Source of the DNA: Octopus sinensis
Lineage: Eukaryota
Reading direction: 5' to 3'
Assembly: GCF_006345805.1 (NCBI RefSeq)
Contig: NC_043001.1
Span: 114,142,001 to 114,206,000 of the forward strand
Length of the DNA: 64,000 nt
Each line of letters opens with the position of its first letter. The stretch's first letter is position 1. The notes under the pieces were generated by a model. It did no database searches. It was not told where the DNA came from and saw nothing but the letters and a program-made list of their open reading frames with translations. Shown here one piece after another: positions 51,923 through 64,000 of the stretch. The position numbers were made by a program, and so were the translations under genes.

Positions 51923-52099
51923 ACTATCCATTCTTGTTGCTTCTTTCTCGCTTATAATCACCCCACATTACTGTATTGTTAAATCAGTATAGTTTTTTTT
52001 TTGTGTGCATCTAAGTTAGGTACCATATTCAAGTAATTTTTAAAATTAACTTGAATCTTTATTGCTCTTTATATATATATATATATATATGTACATATC

Positions 52100-52305
52100 T
52101 ATGTGTGTGTGTGTCTTTGTGTCAGTGTTTGTGCTGCACCACCACCGCTTGACAGCCGATGTTGCGGTATTTACGTCCCAGTTGGCTAGCGGTTCGGTAC
52201 TAGACATGAAGAATAAGTTCTGGGGGCGATTTGCTCAACTAAAACATATAAGACGCTGCCCTAGCATAGCTGCAATCAAATGACTGAAACAAGTAAAAGA
52301 TAAAA
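52100..52305 (+). mobile_element. SINE family C, 3' part, diverged
   Basis: cttgacagccgatgttg...gcggttcgg...aatgactgaaacaagtaaaaga. Confidence 0.75.
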
Positions 52306-52569
52306 GATATATTTTTTAAAGATAGGCACAACAGAATGGCGTAGGCATGGTTGTGGATTCGGCGAGTTTTCAGAATCTAAATGATTTAAACTCAACGATG
52401 TGTAGGCAGCTTTTTTGATGTGTATCGTATGTGGTGGTCTAAGCATATTTGAACTGGTAACATCACTACCTAACGCTGCCATTTCATAATTTGTTTGTAG
52501 TGAGCCGCGAATTAACGTTGAGTCAATCTCTCTGGTTAGTTCTCAGCGTATTGTGTCTGATTTCTGTAA

Positions 52570-52602
52570 CTGAAGAGGAGATAATCACTCCGAAATATTG
52601 TA
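52570..52602 (+). ncRNA. Hammerhead core with intact stem II and lost stem I
   Basis: CTGAAGA-GGAG ataatca CTCC-GAAA-tattg-TA; flanks do not pair. Confidence 0.45.
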
Positions 52603-52729
52603 TCTCACAATCTGCGGAGGTGCGCTGCGAGCTGATATATTTACAACATTTGTCTACAGAGAGAAATTTTCTCCATGACAAAACAATGAATGTGTTCGAA
52701 AATTCCCCAAGCATATGTCAACTGGTAAA

Positions 52730-53066
52730 AAAAAGTAAAGACCCCCTTTGATCATGAAAGACCATGGGGTTCCACCTTGAAATTTATCCCCAGAGGCACA
52801 AGTCCGGGCATGGTCATTTATGGACGACCAACAGTCGCCCATGCATACCAGCTCCCACTTTCCACGCTACTGTTGTTATCCAAGGGAAAGGCAAACACTG
52901 ATACAATTTGGCACCAGTGACGTCGCAACAGATTTCTACAGCTCGGTGATCTGGAGCAACATGAAATAAAGTGTCTTGCTCAAGAACACAACACACAGCC
53001 CGGTCCGGGAATCGAACTCACTACTTTATGATTGTGAGCCCGACGCTCTAACCACTAAGCAATACA
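52730..53066 (-). mobile_element. tRNA-derived SINE, family D
   Basis: Minus head agtggttagagcgtcgggctcacaatc...gtgagttcgattcccgga followed by gtgttgtgttcttgagcaagacactttatttca. Confidence 0.85.
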
Positions 53067-53393
53067 CTTTTGCACGGTTTCAACTCGTAATGATAATCTT
53101 GTATACATAATCAAATGCGTTTTATGTTTATTAACATTTCGGTTAAAACATATCTGAAATTTTGTCATTTTTAAGTCTTCCTTCATTTTTAAGACGGTGT
53201 AATATTATCTGTGAGTTATTGCAATGAGGACTGTGCCATGCTGAGCGATCACGAGCAGAGGTTCCCTTCATGACTGGCGTAGTGGAAATCCTTTTCTCCG
53301 TGGCAAAAACATGTATTTTGCCCCGGGGAAAACTTTCGGTAGTTTTCGTTCTTTTATTTTTGTATCTTTGTGACGAAATTCGGGGAAATGGTA

Positions 53394-53484
<91 letters not shown>

Positions 53485-54631
53485 ATATGTATGTATATGT
53501 AGAGAGCGGGAGAGAAAGCAGGCAGCAGAGGCAGAGAGAGAGAGAGAGAGAGAGAGAGTGAGAGGCAGACAAACTATGTTTTTAGTAAATGAAGAAAGGA
53601 ACGTAGTGAATCGTTGAAAGACGAACATATTGAGAGAGACTCATGGAGTCAGAGAGAAAGCGAGAGAAATTATGAAGTAATAAAGGATATATTGAAAAAG
53701 ATGAAAATGGTCAGAGAATGGGGTGGTAGAAGATAGACAACCTGGAAAACTTGGATGAAAATTGAAAGAATGCGGCAAAAACTATAGAACGGTCAACATC
53801 AGAGAGGGCAAATATATATAAGTAGAAAAATAAAAATAATAACTCGTCATATATTAATATACACTAAGAAGAAAGCATAGAGAATCGAAATATTTAGAAA
53901 GAAGGGACTTTAAAATGAGAAAATACGAAGAATCTCAACATAAAGCCACATAAAAGCAAGATTCCAACAGAGTTGACATAAAGAATGAGAGAAATAATTC
54001 AGAAATACCCGAAAATGATAATACCAATACCAATGTGCTAAGTCAGATGTCATATATACATATATCTCTATATGTATAAAGCAGTTTGAGTGTGTCTTTG
54101 CGCGTTTGTGTGCGCGCGTAAGCGTATGTTCCTAATGCATTCTAAAGGTTAGTTGCTAGTTTTTACGAATGGGGTATCAAACGATATTAATAAACTTTAT
54201 TTTCATTTACATATATGCAGTACAAAAATTTAACATTATAATCCTTCTATAAGTCATCTATCATAAACGACATTTTATACAACGACCACCTCCACCACGA
54301 TGTCACATTTTGTATATGGGTGTGTATGTGTCTGTCAATGTGTGAGTGAGTTTGCACATTCCCTACGTGCATTAAGGACATGACTGTATATAAGGGTGTA
54401 TGTGTCTGTCAGTATACATACATTTTTGTGACGACTGGCACACGTGCACACGCACACATACACACACACACACTCAAACACACACATACATATATACATC
54501 TAAAGACAGCGATAAACACATAGAGGGTCTGAGATAGGCCTGAGGTGTGCGTGAATGTATGTTTGTCTCAGTATATTATGTGACAGTACCGTCCAATGGT
54601 GAAATGCGCCTACTTTGAAATAGTTTAGTTT

Positions 54632-54694
54632 AGTTGCGGCCTGGATATTGAAGGAACCTCAGCGTTCACTTTGAAGTACCACATCATGGTGAGT
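54632..54694 (+). other. Candidate first exon ending in ATG followed by a GTGAGT donor
   Basis: ttagtt initiator-like motif at about 54630, ~55 nt of non-repetitive sequence, catcATG|GTGAGT at 54686-54694; no second exon recognised. Confidence 0.25.
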
Positions 54695-56711
54695 TGTGGT
54701 TTAAACAGCATTAACGATTATCACTATTTATGTGCTGAAATATTATTTTTTTCTTTTTTTACTTTTTTAACCAAGGTAAAATTTTGCCTGATTTGACAGC
54801 ACTCACTATACTTATGAATATATCTGAAAAATATTATTCTGGTTATTATAACAAATTCGGAAACTTGGCGAAGTAGAAAGCCTTAGTAGCGCTTTCAGTA
54901 TAATTGCAGAAATGTTATTGCAGTCCTTATAACTACATTGAAAATAATGCTTTTTGTTTTAACAATCCTAGCGCCCTTATCGTATCCCTGCTATGCTGCT
55001 TTAACAGTGTTAGTATTCGACGCCACAAAAAACGTTTACTGCGTTAGTCAGTATTTATTCTACAGCCTATAACTTTACACTCTTAAAATATATCGTAAAC
55101 CCCGACAAAAATGGGGAAATTCAAACAGCTATTTTTGAAAGTTTGTTTTTCCAGTTTTCAAAAGGTAAATGGGCCACAATATTTACTGCATTTACTGCAT
55201 TTTTGACTTTGAAAAAAAAATTTTTATAAATGTTCACTACTTTGCCAAAACTATATCAGTGAAGTAAAGACGCAATAAAACCTATAACATACCTAAAACA
55301 CTATTTCAGAAAATTATTACTGTTCCCTTTGAGCATATAAAAGACAAATTTAGGCGGGAAAATATGAGTAAAACAAGACAAGGTAAATACGCCCTTCCAG
55401 TTCCCCAGAGTTAAATTTGAAAATAGTCATACACATAAACATCCATCCTTAGACATCAAAAATACAACAAATGAAAGCGGATGATGGAAAAATAACACTT
55501 TATATGAAACTGACGAAACTCAGCGAAATCTAAAAACTCAATATAAAATAATCTTTATAGCTACTTCACTATAGTTATATAGTCAAAAATTATGCAGATA
55601 TTTTATTAGCTACCTCAATTACAATCGAGTCAAATTTGAGAAAAAGTTTCTTGACAATAGCACCTGTCACCTATGTTTCAAACACTCAACTTCAACAACT
55701 ATGTAAACTATACTCACCAATTTTGACTCCCAACTACGTAGCCTATATTGACCAAATTTTAGTCTCAAAGATGATGCAATCGTACAGAAGGAGAGAAAAT
55801 AACAAGAAATCAGAAATTATTCATTTTGACCCACTTCCATCTTGTAATTTCAAGTGTTTGCCAGAATGACGTAAAATATATGAAAAATATAAGAATAAAA
55901 AAGGTTCCATGTGATGTAACATTTGAATATATGTGCAATAATTCTAAAGCTAAAAAAATGCTTTTAGCTGCTGAGAGATGTGACTTTATAATTAAAACTA
56001 AATTCAAAAGTCTTCTTTGCTTCCATGCTTCATGAAACAAACCAGTTTTCAAAGCTTCAGTGAAATAAATTTAGAAGTAGAAATGTGTGTGCGTTAATTT
56101 GTAGGTTTGGGACTGGGTATAAAATTGAATAATACTTCCAAAATTGGATTTCAAAAATGAATGCTAAGTCACCAAAGACTATGTTGTGGGTGATCTCACC
56201 CGACAAAGTTTTTGAAAATGTATACATAAATATTGGAGTAAAATAAGCCACAGCTAAAAATAAAAATAAAATTATTAAATACATCCATTTATCTTATGTT
56301 ATAAGGAAATACAGTCAGGTGGGGGTTACTTGTGAAGGTATGCAATTTTTGGATAGAAAATAAGTCTAAATAAGTTTCTCCTTAATTTGGCAGATTGCAT
56401 CTCCCACTCTACTTCACTGATTCCGCTGATGCAGTGGCATTATCTCTCTCTTTCAATTTCTCATTATAATGTATGGGAGACACTATGTTGTCAACATCAT
56501 GTTTCAACTTCACTAATTTCATCGATATATGATTAAACCTGGATTCCATTTCATTTTTTACACAGCTATCAATTATATAGATATTCCAAACTGGTCTGTA
56601 AAGATAACTTCTTTTTATACAAGATTTTCGTGTTCATTTTCATACATGTTTCTCGATGTAAAAATAACTTCCTTTAGCAAACACACAAGCGCACAAACAC
56701 AGACACACACA

Positions 56712-56748
<37 letters not shown>

Positions 56749-57481
56749 ACTAGGTAAAATTTCTGCACGAATTATATTATTTCTTGCAGTGTGCACACGC
56801 AAAATTACAGTTCAAATCCAATTGAAATTACCTTTTCCTATTCTGTAATACGTGCTTGTGATGAGCGTATTTAAAAACCTGATCTTCAATATAAACTTAA
56901 AACGAAGTTCTCCCAGAAATTCTCTCCTTCACCTGTTGTTTATAGCATGTCCGATGTGATATTTGCACTACTCTACCTCATTTTTTTCCTAAATTACTTC
57001 TAATTCCTATGTTTTCGATAGAGGAGATTAGGATTTCGCCCTAAAAACACGTTCTCAATATTTTAATTTTCTCCCTCCCACCACAATTTTTCATTTTTTA
57101 GTTTTTTCAAAATATTTTATCTTGGTAATCCACGGAGTATAACAGAGAGTATGAATCTTTAAGAATTTTCTTCTTTCTTTTCTCCTAAAGAAACACTGAA
57201 ATCTCCTCCAACATCTACCCATCACCTCACCCAAGCTCTTGATGTTTCGCTATTAGCTTTTTGGAAAGCGAGTAAGTTTCTTCAGAAATAATGTCGTTTA
57301 CATGTTGATTCTAGCATGTCGGGTTTTCTGGTGGTGGTCTGATATTTCTTAAACCCGCTGTTTCAGTACAATTCTACGCATGCGCAAAACATCAGAAGAC
57401 AGGGAAACGTTGTGAGTTTTTAGCCGTTTGTGGCCATAAGAAAGTAACAAATAATACAATGTGGCTGTGGGTCACAACAAC

Positions 57482-57610
<129 letters not shown>

Positions 57611-57768
57611 CATATACATATGCGTGTGTGCATGTAGATATATATATGTGTGTGTATGTGTGTGTATGTGTGTGTGCGTGTGTGTGTGTGTGTGTACACA
57701 CACACATGAATATATATACAAACATATATATACATGTGTATATGTACATATAGCCATATATGTATATA

Positions 57769-57840
<72 letters not shown>

Positions 57841-58562
57841 AATGCATGTATACATATATGTACACGTATATATCAATATACATTTTTATTAATTTATGTT
57901 TATACATAAATAATTACACTGACACACAAACATATATTTTTACACATACACGCATCTGCACACATTCATATATATGCTTATACATACCTATGTATATATT
58001 TATAAGAAAAGTGTGTGATAGAATATGTCACACTGTATTAGAAAAATCGAGTGGCAGAATGTGTGAAAGAGAGCGAGATTTTTAAGGTGATAAAAATATT
58101 GCAGAACTATATTCTATAAGAACAAGTAATCAGTTAGGTACTTAGCAAGGCTTATTGTAACTTTCATGGTTTCTGTTTCTGCAGCTTGGGTAAATAACCA
58201 ATATACGTGGCAGTTATGAATGTGATCAAACATACGTGGGAAGAATGGAAACGTACAATTTCATACTATACGACCTACTGATAAAATTCTTGATAATTCT
58301 AGGGATTAAAGAAAAGCGGATTATAAGAAAAATCCTAATACTTTGCTATCTTGAAACACCTGCTGGCTTCATTGTGATGGGAGACATATAGCTGTTTATG
58401 TTTATGGTGTGGTTCGGAGGTGTGTATATCTTGTCTCATTGTTTTGTCTTTTGGTATTTGTCGATACATACATAAATGAATGCATATATATATACACGTA
58501 GAGATATAAACATATACACATTCATATATATATACATATATATATATGTATATATATGTATA

Positions 58563-58688
58563 TATATATGTATATGTATGTGTGTTTATATATGTATATG
58601 TATGTGTGTTTATATATGTATATGTATGTCTGTTTATATATGTATATGTATGTCTGTTTATATATGTATATGTATGTGTGTTTATATA
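58563..58688. repeat. 24-bp higher-order microsatellite repeat, five units
   Basis: Unit tatatatgtatatgtatgt(g/c)tgtt. Confidence 0.85.
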
Positions 58689-58812
58689 TATACGTATGTG
58701 TGTGTATCTATCTGCTGTATAGTTGCATACATGCACATATGCAAACATAAGTTACAGTCACACATTGTTTACAGTCATACACACGTCATATATATATATG
58801 TATATATATATG

Positions 58813-58843
<31 letters not shown>

Positions 58844-59196
58844 GTATATATAATTCACACTCACTCACATATATGCAAATACACACACCCACATATACAT
58901 AAAAGCAAAATAGATTGAAGGAAATCACATCAGAAACCAAAATAAATATTTCCCTAACTTTGTTATTCTAGAAACATTCTATTGGAAATCTGATTTAGCA
59001 GTAGATGCCTATCTTACTTCAAGATATACATAAGACCATATACAGAACACATAGAATATTATCATACATACACACAACCGATCATATATACATGTATCGG
59101 CGTCTACATACAAATTTATATATATATAACTTTAGAAATGTCTTTATGTAAATGATATAGTGTTCTCAAAATTATAAACTAAGTTTGTATTATGTA

Positions 59197-59234
<38 letters not shown>

Positions 59235-59459
59235 TCTAATATATATCCGTTATACTTTATATATTACATATGGGAAGTAAGGCTATTAATGTTTCGTCTC
59301 TTATATTTATATTAATGGGTACTTGAATTTATGCTAGATATTTTACTGAGATTCGATGCCTATTTCCTTCTCATGAGCTGATGAAATTGATATACATATA
59401 ATATAAACTTTTATATAAAATTTCAGGTTATTCTCTCTGTGTGTATATAAATTTATATC

Positions 59460-59516
<57 letters not shown>

Positions 59517-59603
59517 TATGTAGACAGGGCTATAAACCAAGCTGTGTCCGCTTTAAGCATATTTACTTCTTCCAGTACTTCAAAACTGTATGTAAATCCT
59601 ATG

Positions 59604-59644
59604 TTTGCATGAGGTATGCATAATAGTCGAAACATGCTGGCAAA
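59604..59644 (+). ncRNA. Decayed hammerhead-like motif
   Basis: tttgc-atga-ggtat gcata ataGTC-GAAA-CATG-ct-ggcaaa; flanks tttgc/gcaaa pair, CTG of the core missing. Confidence 0.4.
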
Positions 59645-60012
59645 TACGTTTGCAGAGTATTGCTAGAAGTTACATAGTGTATATATAGGAAAAACGTCAA
59701 ATATTCCCTATTTGAATTTCTTCAGGCAAAGATTCGAAATTTACACTTGGATGAAGCTTTTAATTATAGTTCGCAATGAAGATTTTAATCATAGTCCACT
59801 ATGATGCTTCCCTTTATAGTCCCCAAACAGGTGTCCTATAGAAAGTAGGAGGGGAGAATAACGAAGACAATTTCTAATATTAAAGAGAGGGAGAGTTAGA
59901 GAGAGAGAAAGATAGGGAGTTAGTGATAGATGTAATAAACGTACAGACATACACATTCAGATCTCTTTCTTTCTCTCTCTTCGCTATACTTACATACATA
60001 CATTCATACATA

Positions 60013-60061
<49 letters not shown>

Positions 60062-60429
60062 TATATATATTTACTCACATATCTACCGCCCCTTCCTACC
60101 TTCCCCCAACCACGCGACCGACTTCCTGTCCACCACGCGGTCGATTTCCTATTCTCCGTGCGGTATTTCCCAAGCAATTGTTTTCACTGACTTACCAACA
60201 TCAAGCTGTGATACCACCTGATATTTCCCGACCAGTCGCAGGCCACCGTCTGGTTATAAACATCCAAATGTCCAACGTCTGAGGTTAGCATCACGCTTGA
60301 AACTCGGAGTACCAAGGAGTTTTGAGTTCTCTCTCTCTCTCTTTCTCTGTACACACACACAAACACACACACATACACACACACATATATATATAATACT
60401 ATATTGGAAAGAAAAGCAAAACCAAGGCA

Positions 60430-60877
60430 GAACGATGATCTCGAGACATTTAGAATAATTTAACTACGGTAAGGTGAATTTGGAATCTTACACCCGTTTT
60501 CTGAGATAACTTAAACGTTAGATTAGCATGTCTACGTACTGGGTGTTCCGTCTTCAGAGACAAAGTATGAATAATTTATACAGGAAAAATTTTATAGTTT
60601 AGAAGAAATAAAATAGATTCTCAGTTTATAAGGAAGAAGCTAGAAGTCTAAAAGAATAAATAAGGAATAAAATGTAAATCTATCACATTCCTTAAACTGT
60701 GAATGTACTTTATTGTTTGTAAGCTCTAAACTTGCCCTGTCTAAAATATTCATTCCTTGTCTCTGATGATGGAACACCCAGTGCATGTACATGCTGAGTT
60801 ACTACTTGGAATATCATAGAAACGGCTGTAATAATTGTCCTAATTAAATTACTCTAAATGACTTGAGATCGTCGTTC
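60430..60877. mobile_element. Older inverted pLTR-like pair, each arm with a hammerhead core
   Basis: About 60430-60635 is the diverged reverse complement of about 60688-60877. Minus motif 60485-60561 (gtct-CTGAAGA...GAAA-acgggtg-TA^agat); plus motif 60759-60834 (gtct-CTGATGA...GAAA-CGGCTG-TA^ataa). Confidence 0.75.
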
Positions 60878-62393
60878 GGCATTGGTTTTGATTTTTCATC
60901 TAATATATGTAGCCGCTATAGTGAAACCCTAATACGGATCCTTAGATCTAGCCCCCAGCTGTGAACTTGGAACCTGACGGACGACCAGCTATAGCACCTA
61001 TTCCATTCAGTAATACGGGTATGGGTTAGTAGATTTTAAATTGGTATAGTATAATCTATGTATAGAATATTTCATGGAAATAAAAAAAACACATTTGAAT
61101 ATAGCTATTGCTCTGCTTCTTCCCAAGATTCAACCGTCATGTGAGTATCAGCGGATACTATAAGAGCAATTTCTACATGAAAGACTTATGCAACCTCATA
61201 TACATACACACGAATATATACATATAAACGTATATTGATAAGAAATATTCAAAATCGAATCACAGTGCCGTGTCTGGGATACATATAAATACTCTAACAT
61301 TACTATTCATTCTTCGAAGTGAATTTCTATATCATATGTCATATATATATATATATTTGTGTGTCGTGTGTGTGCGTGCATGTGTGTGTATACACTTGTA
61401 TATATACATATATGTCTGCATCTCTTTATATTTATGCATGATATATATGTGTGTGTGTGTATGTATATAAACACATACATGTGTGTGTGTTTGTGAATAC
61501 GTGCGTATTTATGTAAAAATATGTATTCGTCTATGTTTTAGGCACGCGCACACACACACGCACAAACACATATATGCATGCATATATACATACTTGTGGG
61601 CGCATTTATGCCTACGTTTATACGTATTCTAGCATCATATGCTTATAAAAGTATATATGTTTATATGTATATATTTGTGTGTAGGTATATTCACATGTAG
61701 ATATATGCAGGTATAATATACAAATGTGCATATATTCATATAAGCGAGTGCGTGTCTATGTGTACCCATATACGCATATATATGTGTATAGATACCATAA
61801 TATTTTCATTATACGTAATTGATAACTAAATTTTCTTAATAAATCCTAAAATAACTCAAAGGAATGATAGTATTTTTAGAATGAATATTCTCTGATAAGA
61901 GATATATTGACGTTTGTATTTTGCTATTCAAATTAATTATTTATGAATCTCTATTATCATTGTTTGCAAAATTAGCAATATCATCATCGGCAGTATAATA
62001 AGCGTTATCGTCATCAGATTTATTATCGTCTGCATTCCCCTCAACATTATTATCATTTCTACTTTTCTCAACATTATCATCAACTACAATGCCAGTGAGC
62101 CAACGCACAAGCTAAATGTGTGCTCGTTTTGCTACAAAGAGTAGCTAATTTTACTTCCTCTCACACAGTTCTATTTTAACAAGAGGAAAGATGCTTCCTA
62201 TATTGTAGTTCCAAACAGAATTGTAGTCACCATTGCAAAGCTTTTCATAAGTCTGTTAGAGCTTTGTTTCTTGTATGGTAACTTATTCTTAATGTGGCAG
62301 GAAGTTTGTGACGATTGGAATAGCCAAGTCCATGGGCAGGAAAATAACGTTATAGATTCAATTTCTAAATCGTCGTTTTTGTTTTATTATTTA

Positions 62394-62787
62394 CTAGCAG
62401 TATCGCCCGGCGTTGCTCGGGTTTGTAAGGGAAATAACTATATAAGCATTTTTAGAGAGTTATAGACAAAAAATAGCAAAAAAATGCATTAAAAATGGAA
62501 AAAGATATGATAATTTTTTTTTTAAATCGTTGACTCATCGTAAACATTTATAGAGAGTTACTTCCCTTATATAATAGCGAAAAAGGCATTAAAATGGGAA
62601 AAAATGATGGTAATTTTTTTTTAAATCGTAGACTCATCGTAGACGCGCGCTAATACCCAGAAGGGCTCGATATGAATCACGACTATAAGATACCCGGTTT
62701 TGGTTAAACTGCACCGCAAAATGTGAGAGTAGTTAGGAATCTAAATCGTAGGAGAGAGACACACAACTTCACTTTTATATATAAAGA
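62394..62787 (-). mobile_element. Complete non-autonomous Helitron (394 bp)
   Basis: Minus strand A|TCTTTATATATAAAA...cccgagcaacgccgggcgatactgCTAG|T; last ~70 bp near-identical to 16780-17313; internal ~100-bp tandem duplication. Confidence 0.9.
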
Positions 62788-64000
62788 TTAACGAAGAGGT
62801 AGAAGGCGGTGTTTTAGAAGAACCCTTATCAGGCAAAGGCCGACTTGCTTTTCAGGGTCGCTAAGATAAGCGTTAGTGAAGTATTGAGATTGATGTTATT
62901 GATTTCCTTTCCCCTTAAAAACTACTGGCCATAGACAAAAATTTAAATCCTTTAATACAAAGGTAGGATGTCAAACAAATCACAAATTTTGTGTGGTGGG
63001 TTGTCCCCATATCGTCCGTGTAAGAACCAGTATGCTTCCTCGTGCATGCCATCGGGCTAGACAGCAACATTAACCATCAACATTATCACACTCGATGTTA
63101 TAAATATTTATAATATCCTCACAAAAATGTTTCATCAACGTCATTGCAATTTTCTTCTTGAAGCTGTTTTGAACTTATTTGCTTACATTACTTATCACTG
63201 TTTGATAATACAAATTACTGCCATTTCTTTTTTTTCAATCCTATATTTGACCCCTGAAGCAAGTAGAGGTATACCATCGTCTTTGTTGTAGGTCTCACTG
63301 TTGTATTCATCATCATTATCATGTTCACTAATAGCTACTTCATGGTAGACGTGTGACTACATACAATTCAGACACTTGGTAAAGTGATATATGATGTTGC
63401 TTGGAGTGTGACTTGTGAATTTCACGCCTTTCAGCTCTCCAGCAGTGATAAGGAAATCACATAACAAGAGGAAGGAATAAAAACACACGATTCATTTAAC
63501 TATAATAATTCCTTCACTGAATTTTTACTAGTTTCTACTCAGAAGAAACGATTTATTTTATTTCAAAACGACACGAGTAGTATATTAGATTCTTTTTTTT
63601 CTTTTTTTTTTTCTTTTTTGTTTCAATTACTGTGAAAATACTAGTTTGATATAACCATTAAAATACGGTAGTAGATAATTGAATACAAGGAAAATGTAAT
63701 TATACCAGACGTAAAGGACATAATAATACAAGACTAATGCAAGTAAATACTTAGTTAAATAATGAAGTAAAACAAAACCAGAGTGGACTCTAAAATAATA
63801 ATTACGTAAACAAAGTAAGGAAATATTTGGGATTATATTAGATATTGCTTTCTTCGTTCAGCCCCAAATCAGACTTTATGTAGGAAAAACATTTATAGTT
63901 AAATATATTCTAACCATGAATATATCATATATTAATTGGCATCTAGGGATGTACTATTGGTCTGCACTTCCCTGCTGAAGATGATAAGATTTCATTTTAA

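Larger units (their letters stand above)
51203..51951. mobile_element. Inverted pLTR-like pair (~185-bp arms), each with a hammerhead
   Basis: 51203-51389 is the reverse complement of 51768-51951; 380-bp spacer; left end abuts (TA)n. Confidence 0.85.

Noticed and set aside
52276-52751. Three short overlapping ORFs with plausible composition
   Set aside because: No domain recognised; they overlap a SINE tail and a hammerhead relic.
58200-58340. SYECDQTYVGR...LGIKEKRIY, GIY-YIG-like
   Set aside because: Spacing and motif conservation too poor to support a feature call.

Overview
AT-rich eukaryotic DNA with no intact protein-coding gene that I can support; most ORF-track entries are microsatellite read-throughs. 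The SINE families point to an octopus or other coleoid cephalopod (inference from recalled repeat families, not a search). Contents: tRNA-derived SINEs (four families), decayed mariner and pogo-type DNA transposons/MITEs, Helitron remnants and two complete non-autonomous Helitrons, R4/Dong LINE fragments, several Penelope-like element (PLE) remnants and many microsatellites. The main hidden signal is about 16 type I hammerhead ribozyme (HHR) motifs (CTGANGA-stem II-GAAA-palindromic stem III-TH), found by eye on both strands. Two look fully intact (15738-15836, 51836-51922). Four sets occur as inverted pairs. One sits in a 351-bp tandem unit with no coding sequence (12971-13803) that looks like a retrozyme. 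Different families carry different stem III palindromes. Also notable is an 879-bp TTAA-flanked foldback element carrying telomeric repeats in chromosome-end orientation (30800-31678). All alignments and folds were done by hand, so element boundaries are approximate unless termini are quoted.
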